From Callorhinchus milii (Eukaryota), in contig NW_024704743.1 of the NCBI RefSeq assembly GCF_018977255.1, positions 76,510,001-76,574,000 of the forward strand: a stretch of 64,000 bases of DNA. Direction: 5' to 3'. This document shows positions 24,598 through 35,778 of this stretch, one piece after another (the first letter of the stretch is position 1; each line of letters begins with the position of its first letter). The notes under the pieces were generated by a model. It saw nothing but the letters and a program-made list of their open reading frames with translations. It searched no databases and was not told where the DNA came from. The translations under genes and the position numbers were made by a program.

Positions 24598-25932
24598 TTT
24601 GCTAGGACTGTGCTATTTCATTCGATCATGCACTTTCTGAATGGATGCTTGTTCAGTATTAACCAATTTATTACTGAACCGAAACTGAGACCTCTAGTGG
24701 TGGTTTAATCTGTACCAAACTAATTTCAACGTAGAATAATAAAGGTTGTGGACCAGGCTGTGTGATGCATTGCTACTTAAACTAGATCAGAGATTATAAA
24801 AACTAAAACAAAGTCTTGTCCAATCAAAACTACAAACTCTCATAATATTTACATTTGTTTTGAAATCCTAAATCACTATATGAGTTGTGTAGTCTACAGA
24901 ATTTATTGTTAACTTTATGTCGTATTTACATTTGAACATTTCTTGCTAAATCATTACTGAATTCTCTGCTCAATTTTACAAAAAAGTTAATTTAATAAAT
25001 GTGGATAATCTTTGCCTTTATACATAAAAAAGGTTATTTCCATAGAAAACCGTAATGAATTTTCTCAGTTAAATTGTATAACTTGAGGCAATGCTCACAC
25101 GCAATCAGGAAAAGAATATTTACAATGCACAGTGACACATTGAGAAACATTGCTGTGTCCCACAAACAATTTGCTGTACGCAATTGGCTGTCGCATTTCG
25201 CCCACAAAATATAGTCAATTCACTTTACAATATATTCTGTGAAGCGCTTTGAGACATCTCGAAGACGTGATAATGCGCTATATCAAATGCAAGGATTATT
25301 ATCATTATTGGTGTATGCAAACCCTGTGATGTACATTGACAAATCTTGGCAAAGCGATGAGGCATGAGCAAACACATCAATGCAAGGATTATTGGTGTAA
25401 TGCTGTTCTTAGGTCCAGTAGGTCAGAGGGGGTCTTATAAATGGGGGTGGGGGGCAGTGGGAGGCTAAAACATGTATTCTCAATAGAGCTGATGCCAATT
25501 AATGCAGATAATCAGCTCTGCTCTACTGCATTGTTATTGGTCGGGTCTTTTAGAGGAAACATTAAGCCAAGATCTTGTTTTTTTAAAGACTCCATGACAC
25601 TGCTGGGGAAGAATTGCTTATAAAGGGCTGCGAATCCACGTGTTAATATTACGTCAAGGCCCTTATGCCTATCTCTGTGTTATGCATTTGACTTCAAATA
25701 CCCCGTTCCTTTCTGTGCTTGTAGCCTGAACCAGATGAATTGTTTTAGCAGATTGGAAAATTGTTGAGAGATATGGTGCAAGAAGTTGGTGTCACTTTGG
25801 AGATTATCTACCTGTACTTTCTGCGCTTCATATGTGGATTGTGACTAATCAGTTTCTATTATTTTAAACTTTATATTTGCTGTTTGATTCCAAAGGAAGA
25901 AGTAAGCCAATTTTTTTTGTGTTCTTTTACAG

Positions 25933-26083
25933 ACAAAATTATTATTGGCAGTTACAAGGGAATTCTGCGGGTGTATTCTCCACAGCCTTCCAAACCCGGA
26001 GCAACGGCCCAACCAGAAGAGTTAATCCTGGAGATTCAACTTCAGGATCCTATATTGCAAGTGGAAGTGGGAAAATTTGTTTC
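25933..26083 (+). CDS. BBS9: BBS9 coding exon 2
   Basis: 151 nt, (D)KIIIGSYKGILRVYSPQPSKPGATAQPEELILEIQLQDPILQVEVGKFV(S); CAG/GTAAGT. Confidence 0.95.
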
Positions 26084-26154
26084 GTAAGTAAATAAATTAA
26101 AGACTTGTACAAAAATAAAAAAATCTGAATATTGCAATACGATGATGAGATGCA

Positions 26155-26520
26155 AATAATAATATTTCTTGCATTTGATATAGCCTTATCACGTCTTCGA
26201 GACGTCACAAAGCGCTTTACAGAATATACTGTAAAGTGAATTGACTGTATATATTGTGTGAAATGCGGCAGCCAATTGCACACAGCAGTGTTCCACAAAC
26301 AGTCATGGATTGAAGTGACCAATTTATTATTTTTTTTTGAAGGAATTATTACCCCCAGAAAAGCGATCCGACAATTGACTAAGAGTAGGGTTCCTACTTA
26401 TTGCTAGATAAACAGTGGCGGTTGGACTAAGGGAACTTGCCTAATATTTTGCCCGGCCGAGAATTGAAACCAGGTCTCTCACTTGTGAGACGAGTGCTTC
26501 AACTGAGCTACAGGACTCTA
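26155..26520 (-). mobile_element. tRNA-derived SINE (long form)
   Basis: Reverse complement of head, internal block, core and tail. Confidence 0.85.
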
Positions 26521-27504
26521 TGGCTATGCTGACAGCAGGACATGTTCTGATAAAGGAGGGAGCTTTTTGGAGAGTGCAAAAAATGGATATGTAGTGCAAA
26601 GACTGTTTAAAAATGTGCCTGCCAGTCCATTCATTGTTGCGTATTTCTACATGCATCAGCACAGTGTGGTCATTCTTTTTAATTAAATGTTCTGCTTGAT
26701 GATAACAATCAACTTTTATCACAGCATTAGGATGTCGATTAGACTTGGTCTAATTTTTATTTATACCTGCAGGTTTTTATACCTCCAGGTTTGTATATCA
26801 CGCACTTTTGTGGAGCTGCATTATATCTACAGTTTAACAAATCCATTCCACTCCAGTAATCAGCAACATTGAAGTAACTTTCCTAGAATTTTGCCTTTTA
26901 TTGGAAATACTGCCAGTGTTAATATCCAATTTACCAGTTTTTCTAAATCAACCGTAGCAATTCATGCAATTTCCAAACATACTCTGAGATCTAACCTTTG
27001 TTTAAAATTTGTAGCTGCTTTTTTAATTCCATTAATATTTTCCTCAAGTTAAAAACTCATTCGTTGGAATAAAATTCATTATTGACAACTAAGAAATAAA
27101 TATGAATTAATACTTCAGATTATGCCTCAACAGGTTAGAAATGCATGCTTTTCTCCTGAAAATATTCCTGAAATTACGTTAGTGGATAAATGATCTTTGC
27201 TGAGATGATGGTAGTACAATATAATACACAATACAAAATTACATTTGTATAGCGCCTTTCAAGTCGGGAGGATGTCCCAAAGCGCTGTAATGGTACAGCA
27301 TAAAAACAATAACAACAACAGCTTCCATTTATATAGTGCCCTTCATGTGGGATAGCATATCAGAACACATTACTACAAAGCAATGCATAACCATCAAAAC
27401 AATCAGTAACCATCCACCTGATGTACACTGTACCAATTTACAATAACATATTTGCTGAACCAATATTGGTACAGCAATATGATTTGATTTCATTAATATT
27501 TCAG

Positions 27505-27880
27505 TGTTTAGAGCGCTCGCCTCGCAAGTGAGAGACTGAGTGTAGCTCAGTGGTTAAAACACTAACCTAGAGCAAGCGAGAGACCAGGGTTCGATTCCTG
27601 GCTGGGCGAAATGTTGGGTAAGTTTGCTTAGTCGATTGGTGGATCTTTTTCCCGGGGATAACCAATCTATTTGTTTGATAATTTAAAAAAAAAAAAATAC
27701 AAAAATAGATTGGTCACTCAATCCACGGTTGTTTGTGGGACACTGATGTACGCAATTTGCTGCCGCATTTTGCCCACAAAGTATAGTCAATTCACTTTAC
27801 AGTATATTCTGTGAAGCGCTTTGAGATTTCTTGAAGACCTGATAAGACTGTATATCAAATGCAAGGATTATTATTATTAT
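27505..27880 (+). mobile_element. tRNA-derived SINE with partly duplicated head
   Basis: Two successive head fragments (~27505 and ~27540), then core and (TTA)n tail. Confidence 0.82.
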
Positions 27881-28204
27881 TTCAGGTGAGCAGTTTGATG
27901 TAACTATTAGTTCTAGGTGTAATTAATACGCGAATGAATGTTCACATATTAATTACACCTAGAAAACTTGAGGTTTAGCATTCAGTTTTGCAAGTCAACC
28001 TTAGCAATTCATGCAATTTGGCTACTGTGTGCCAAATCCTCACAGATTTAACTCTACTATAGCTGAGTTTTATTTAACCAAATTTTTTTTTAAGATTTAG
28101 CCGAGCTGAACCAAACCACACTCATCTCGCCTCGCAAAATAAGTATCCACTCCCTCAAAAAATGTTCCATTTCATTCAATTTTTTAGTAACCTTGGGTTT
28201 AATA

Positions 28205-28530
28205 TGGAGTCCTGTACCTTAGTAGTTAGAGCACTCGCCTCTCAAGTGAGAGACCTGGGTTTGATTCCCAGCAGGGCAAAACTTTGGGCAAGTTTCCTTA
28301 CTCCACACGCCTGATAATAATCCCTCAAGAAAAAACCCAACAATGAATTGGTCACTTCATTCCACAACTGTTTTGGGACATTGGTGTGCGCAATTGGTTG
28401 CCGTGTTTCGCCCACAAATATACAGTCAATTCACTTTATATTATATTCTGTGAATATAGGATATAAGAAGACATGAAAAGAAGATCTAGAAAACATGAAA
28501 AGTGCTATATCAAATGCAAGGATTATTATT
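28205..28530 (+). mobile_element. tRNA-derived SINE (short form)
   Basis: Head GGAGTCCTGTA..., core, tail. Confidence 0.88.
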
Positions 28531-29792
28531 AATTTCTAAACGTACTTTGAGATCTAACTTATGTTTAAAATTTCGTGCTTTATTTTTCAACAAATGCATT
28601 TATTCTTAGTTTTTATTATAACTTGAGTAAAATATTAATGGTTATTTTAGAATGCTGATAGATGTATAAAGGACAGTGACTCATTAAACTTTGCTTCAAC
28701 CAAAGCTCAAATTGGAGCCATAATCTTATAGAATGGAGGAACAGGCTCAATAGGCTGAATGGGCTACTCCTGTTCCTATGTTCCTCGTAGTTTAGGCAGA
28801 AATTATCGTCTGATAACATTAGATCAGGGAATGTGACATGTCTAATCTCCATCCTTGATTTAGTGAAATTAATTTTGGATTACATTACTTTGCATTGGAA
28901 AAAGTCGGGTGTTATCCCAAATCATTTGGGTGACAGCTTGACTTTGCAAACTCTCTGCTCACCGGACTTCCTAACTCTTCCCTCCACAAGCTGCAGACAT
29001 TCAGAACTCTGCAGCTCGTGTCTTCTCCCACCCTGGGCTCTGAGCCAGTTACACCCACGATTCTCCTATTGGGAAAATCTCCTGAATTTTGGTTAATGAT
29101 TTGACAAAATTGAGTCGCAGTAAACTGTTGACCAAATACCACGATACACTATCCCTCTTATCATTCAGCAAAAAAATTAAATCAGCCTTCAAACCAGCAA
29201 CTATGTGCATTGCCTTAAATTATCCAATTAACATTGAGAACTAGACATTTTCTATATAATACCCATCACAGTGAGCAAATTATCAGAGTTTTCTAAATAT
29301 ATATAATATATATACCACTGTTCAGAGAGCACAGTAAATTACTTGAATTATTTGGAGTCTTCTCCTCCCTCCAAACATTAATCTCCTTAAACTACAGTTG
29401 GTAACACCCAATCATAAAGTGAAATAAAGCAGGATGACATTGACAGGTATTGGCCAGCAGAGGGAGCTATTTATTGTGAATGTTGAACTAAGGTGTAATT
29501 TGGGGCCCACAAATTACATTTACTTTTAAAACAGTACATTTACATTTATTCTGATTAATAGTTGCAGCTTATTCCTTTTTATGAGGCAAGAGAAACCTAA
29601 CGTATGTTTAGTAATATCTATCAATTGCTTACCTGTTGTCCCCTTCAGGTTTCCCCCACCAAACCCACCCCTCTCGTACCCTAACCTAGAACTCAACAAC
29701 AACAACAACAACAACAAGATTCCATTTATAAAGCGCCTTTCACGTCAGGAGGACGTCCCAAGGCGCTGCACAGTTGGGTCATGACCCGAGCA

Positions 29793-29975
29793 GGGGGGAA
29801 ATGGTCAGGGTGAGGGGAGGGAAGGGAGGGAGCGAGGAGGGGGGAAATGGTCAGGGTGAGGGGAGGGAAGGGAGGGAGCGAGGAGGGGGAAATGGTCAGG
29901 GTGAGGGGAGGGAAGGGAGGGAGCGAGGAGGGGGGAAATGGTCAGGGTGAGGGGAGGGAAGGGAGGGAGCGAGGA
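29793..29975. repeat. Minisatellite, 4 copies of a 45-46 bp purine-rich unit inside an L2 3' end
   Basis: ATGGTCAGGGTGAGGGGAGGGAAGGGAGGGAGCGAGGA recurs at 29801, 29847, 29892, 29938. Confidence 0.92.
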
Positions 29976-31651
29976 AGGGGAAGAGAGTCGAGAGGGGAGC
30001 TGAAGACTCGGTCAAAGAGAAACAAAATCAATGGATACTGATTGCTAACTGGTACCTTGTACAGAAGGTTATTCTTCATCTGTCAGTTAAATCTATGAGG
30101 ATTTGGCACACAGTAGCCATGGTGGGGCACTTCAGCAGAGCATGTTCTGCACGGATACTAGCTTAAAAAAAGTATTGTGTCGGATTGGTCTCATTTTATT
30201 TTGTGTGGGAGTGAAACTCCATCTACTGTAAAAGAGAAATTATTGATTTCAGAAGGGTCAGGTTCAAAAGATTATTGTTTCTGTATGAGCACATTAGATT
30301 TGTATTCCAATGTGGACACCCTAGATTTAGTGGTTGTGTTTTATATGATCTACTGAACACAAAACTAGGAGAAATATTAGTAGATCTGGTGCATTCTCTT
30401 ATTAAAACTGACATTGCTACAAGATGATGACCAATTTGTTTTTGGGTTCCACACATAATAATGTTATCCAATTGAAAATTAACCTGAAATCAAATAGAGA
30501 ATGTAATATAAATATTATTACACTATAGAGTTCAAGGCCTTTTTTCGATTAAATGAGTTGATCAAATTACGGCATCCTAGTTGCGCACAAATCAAATTTT
30601 AGTCTTACTCAAAAAAAAATTTAAATTAGTAATTTTTTCAAAATGTGCTATGCTTATAACGTTATTTCAGGCTGATTGAAAGATTTGTTTGAATGAACAG
30701 AGCAAACTAATCCCATACACCACGCTGGGAGAGTGCAGCAATGTTTGCGGTACCGTCATCTGATGAGATGTTAAACCGAGGATCCTGTCTGTCTGTTCAA
30801 CAACGACGACAACAAATTACATTTGTATTCATGTCCCCGGCCCTGCCCGCCACACCATCGGCAGTCAGGCCATCAACCTTTCTGCCCCAACCTTTGGAAC
30901 TCCATCTCACAATCCATTTGCCTCAGCCCTTCCCTTGCTTCCTTCAAGGCCCGTCTCAAGACCCTCTATTTGGCCGCGCCTTTGGTCACCCTCCTACCTC
31001 TACCCTCCCCGCCCTCCGCCTCTCCCGAACACCCAGCTCGATTGCGAATTCTTAACTGTCCAGTGCCTTGCGACGTCCTCCAGATATGAAAGGCGCTATA
31101 CAAATGTAATGTCCTGGGCAACAATCCCTTAGATAGAATTGGTCATTCACTTCATGAGATTCACTTCACTTCGTGAGATTTCGCCTGGAACCAACAAATC
31201 AGACACAGTTTGCTCACAGAATCAAGATGCTCTTGTGAAAGTGTTGTGCCTGTCATGCTATTGGTGATATTCGTCGTGGCACTGATGGGATGGCAGACAA
31301 AGAAGATTGCCAAGATTTATTCAGATTTTGTTTCCGGGTTCAAGACGAAGGAGTCAATAAGTACCCCTATCCAGGAGCAGGGACAATGCGACTCAGACAC
31401 AGCCACAGCAGGTGGAAAGTTGGCTGTGCAGGCCAGCTCCGTGGCGCTGATTCCACCGAGAGTCTGTGACGTCCACCGGACCTGAAAGTCGTTCCACAAA
31501 TTGATCTGTTGTATCCAAATCATTGCCGCTGTTTTAGAATATATATCAGTTGCTCCTTGAGATGGATAACCAACATTTATTTGATTAGCCTTCTGGATAA
31601 TATTTTGTATCTGAAAAGTATTTTTATAAGTGTTTGTGTATATGGAAGTAC

Positions 31652-31946
31652 GTGGAGTCCTATAGCTCAGTGGTTAGGATTCAATTCCCTGCAGGTCAGG
31701 ACGAAACCTCGGGCAAGTTTCCTTACTCCACACACCTAATAATAATCCGTCCAAAACAAAACAATAATAAATTGGTCATTTTTAATCTACGACTGTTTGT
31801 GGGACATTGCTGTGCGCAATCGGCTGCCGCGTTCGCCCACAAATGTACAGTCAATTCACTTTACAGTGTGTTCTGTGAAGCGCTTTGGGACGTCCTCCCG
31901 ACGTGAAAAGCGCTATATCAAATGCAAAGATTATTATTATTATTAT
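31652..31946 (+). mobile_element. tRNA-derived SINE with internally deleted head
   Basis: A-box joined to B-box region, anticodon arm missing; core and tail intact. Confidence 0.85.
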
Positions 31947-32734
31947 TGTTTATGGGACATTGCTGTGGGGCAAATCGGCTGCCGCGTTGACCTACAAGTA
32001 GACTTTAGAGGAAACTGAAGCACTTTGAGATGCTTCAACATGAGGCATTGTATCTAATGGCACTATATTATTGTGTATTTAATAAAATATATGATTTGTA
32101 AAGTGCAGCAATAAAACCATTTGTCCGTATCCCCCCTTGAATGAAATACAGAACATAGCTTGAAGAATCATTTACTTTGATAGGATGCCAGTTTTATGGC
32201 ACATGTGAGACCACTGGAAGCATTATTATTCATAAAAATGTTTTTTTTTAGCTGGTTTCATACATCTTCATAATGTGTTTTAAATGAATTATTCTCATCT
32301 GGAATTGCTATCAATTACCCACATGTTTATTAAAGAAATCAGTTTCTCTTTTCTTCCTTATTCTAGGTCCAAACAATTTCCTTGTGTTTGTAATAGTTTG
32401 CTCAGAAGTTATGTAACCTCTAACAAATCAGATTCCTCAATTCTTTCTTTTTGGAACTAATTCCAAATTCCTAATGTAAGTGGAGATGTTCTTTAATTGA
32501 TGATTTAACTTGAAAGTCCATGTTTCTTGATTCTCAAATATCTCATTACATACAGAGTAAGAGAAAATTGTGATTTGGCGTCAGAGAATGTTGTTTGATC
32601 CATCTCTTGCTGTTGCATTCAAAGTAAAACTAACAGGCATCATAACTGTATAATGAATGGGAATTAGTTGTCAGAGGAAAACCTTCAAGGGAACGTGGGA
32701 GTGATCATGGACTCATTACCTTTAATAGTAAGAA

Positions 32735-33081
32735 AATAATAATAATCCTTGCATTTGATATAGCTCCTTATCACGTCGTTGAGACGTCTTAAAGTGTTTC
32801 ACAGAATAGCTTGTAAAGTGAATTGACTGAAAATTTTGTGGGTGAAACACAGCAGCCAATTGGGCACAGTAGTGTCCCACAAACAGTCGTGGATTGAGTG
32901 ACCAAACTATCATAAATTTTTTTTTGAAGGGAATATTACCCCCAGAAAGTGATCCACCAATCGACAATTAACTGGCACGTGGAGTAAGGAAACTTGCCTA
33001 AGGTTTTGCCATGTCTGGGAATCGAACTCGGGTCCTCTCGCTTGCGAGGCGAGAGCTCCAACTGCTAAGCTACAGGACTCC
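32735..33081 (-). mobile_element. tRNA-derived SINE
   Basis: Reverse complement of family sequence. Confidence 0.85.
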
Positions 33082-34134
33082 ATGAAGTGGCAAAATGTGT
33101 CAGAGGAATTAAAAAAACAAACAATGTTGAGATATGAAACCAGAAGAGTAGAATACAAGGCTCCAGAGGTTATACTGGAGCTTTACTAAGCACCGGTCAG
33201 ATTTGGCACACTTCAAGTACTTCAATCAGTTCTGGCCAACATGGTAGAAACAAAATTACTGCTGCACCCTAGTATGCCGAAAAAAACAGAAAGTCAGTAA
33301 GGAGAAAACATATGGTCTACCAAAACGTCTACCTTTATTATTATATTATAATCCATACCAAAATAATGGGGTTAAAATGTACCATTGAAACAAATGACAG
33401 CTTAAATAGTCTCATACTGGAAAACGCACCCTTCGGATGGAAACAGCGCAAGAAATTGAACATTACTCAAATTACAAATTGGTCACAGTGCAACAACAAA
33501 ATTTGTTCTGTTGGGAATTATGCCGTAACTGAGTACAGTACCACACTGTTCTAGCCCTTCCCTCTCTCTCTTGGACCTCTCTCATTTTCTCTCTTTTTTA
33601 ATCTGGTATAAGCTTGTGGACAAGTAACCAAGTAGAATGCTGATAGTTCATGTATGGTTATGTGGTGTTCTACAATACATATTATGAGCTGTGAGTTGTT
33701 ATAGTGCCACAATTTTTATATGCATAGAAAGTGGATTTGACCTTCACATTTTACTTATATTTTTGTGCGTGTTTTTGCTGGGGGTTTTCTTGCAACTTAA
33801 TTTAATGTTGTCAGACAGATCTAGGTTGGATTAGAACCATAGAAATTTGCAGCACAGAAGAAGGCCATTTGGCCCGTTTTGTTTGTGCTGGTTCTTTTAA
33901 AAATCAAAACTTTCGCTCCCATTTACCTTCTGTTTTCCAATACCAGTGCAGTTTACTTCGTTCAGATATCTGTCTTGTTCCAGTTTGAAACCTAATATGG
34001 ATTCTACCTTAACCACCACTTCCGGCAGGGCATTTCAAAGTCTAAATACTCTGTGTGAAACCATTTCTCCTCATTTCCCTGGTTTGGGCATGCTTTTCTG
34101 TGAGAGTTAACATGGTTTGGCTTTGTTCTTTCAG

Positions 34135-34199
34135 CGGTACAGAACTACTTCACTTGGCTGTTCTACATCCTAGAAAGCTGTCAGTCTTCGCTGTCTCAG
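34135..34199 (+). CDS. BBS9: BBS9 coding exon 3
   Basis: 65 nt, GTELLHLAVLHPRKLSVFAVS; CAG/GTAGTG. Confidence 0.94.
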
Positions 34200-34781
34200 G
34201 TAGTGTATACTCCATCAACATTTGCGCTGGATCCATGATTATTGATTCAATGTTAAACTGTTGATAATTGCGCAGCATGGTATCTGTCCAGCCAGAATTC
34301 CCCTGTTAAGGCTCTGGCTTGCAGGGTTGAGGATATGTATGCATCTCTGAGCCAGACAACCACCAGCAGTGACTTGGATTAATGCAAACTTCCCTCACAT
34401 TTCCAGACATGTCTCCTCAGAGCCACCTTGGGCAGATCCTATTTGTTTTGACATGATATTCATTTTGTCAACCTTGAAGGGCTGAATGGACCCACTGGGA
34501 TTTGAGCCTAGAAACTTCTGGTCCCAAGTCTTACACTTATACAGAGAGTTAGTCTTCTATCTTGCTTTATATAAGGAGAGAAAAACTGGCTTACCTGAAT
34601 TTGTCATAAATATAGTTGAAAACATTTATGCTCTGCTGTGGACTAAATAGTGGTCAAACGAAAAAGACAACATGTGAAATGCCGCATGACTACATTATGC
34701 TTTTCTCTAAAATAAATACAGAATATTAAATCTTATGATTTCTCACCCAGCATGTGTGGTATGATTACTTTTTATGAACAG

Positions 34782-34895
34782 GAACGATGGGTACAGTTGA
34801 ACATGGAAATCAATACCAGTTAAAACTAATGTATGAACACAACCTTCAACGGACAGCTTGCAACTTAACATATGGAGGTTTTGGTGGAATAAAAG
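34782..34895 (+). CDS. BBS9: BBS9 coding exon 4
   Basis: 114 nt, (G)TMGTVEHGNQYQLKLMYEHNLQRTACNLTYGGFGGIK; CAG/GTAAGA. Confidence 0.95.
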
Positions 34896-35413
34896 GTAAG
34901 AATGTATTCTAAAGTATTTTTCATGTTTCTAAGGGTGCCCTGAAGGCCATAAGCAATTTTCGAGGTAAAAATAAATGATGTTATAAGTAATTTTGCAAGA
35001 AACCTGACAGGTTGTGTTACATCCCTGAGAGAAACATTTCATTTCCTAGTGAAGCTTGATGAGAAATAAAAGCTTGGTGACAAATTTATTTTTGTTAACA
35101 TTGCCAATAATAAGTTTTCAACTTGTAATTATTGTGCTAACAATACTGATTTCCCAAGCAAAATTAATCTGAGCAGTCTCGATCCATTTCCCATTAGGAT
35201 ATCTATAGCATAAAACACCCCATCATTTAGCACAAATGCATAATTATTTGGCAATCTGCTTTGGAGAGGCCATGATGTTGGATCGTGTAGGAATTAAAAT
35301 ATTTCCCTGTTACAATGCAGGAAGCTCTTCTGAGGCTGGTTCATTCCAGAGGGAGATGTGAGTTGCATTCCATCTGTGCTGTGCCCAACCAGGAAATGCT
35401 TAAGAAGAGAAAA

Positions 35414-35778
35414 AGTAATAATCCTTGCATTTGATATAACACCCTATCACATCTTCGAGACGTCTCAAAGTGTTTCATAGAATATACTATAAAGTGAATT
35501 GACTGTATATTTTGTGGGCAAAATGCAGCAGCCATTTGCACACAGCAGTGTCCCACAAACAGTCGTGGATTGAGTGACCAAATTATTATTGTTTTTTAAA
35601 AAGAAATCTGGAGTGATTGTTACCTCCGAAAAATCGATGCGCCAGTCAACTAACAACTGGATTCCTACTTACTGCTAGATAAACAGGCGTGTGGAGTAAG
35701 GAAACTTGCCCAAAATTTCACCCTGCCTAGGAATCGAACCCAGATCCTTTTGCTTGCAAGGCAAGTGCTCTAACCACT
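35414..35778 (-). mobile_element. tRNA-derived SINE (long form)
   Basis: Reverse complement of family sequence. Confidence 0.85.
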
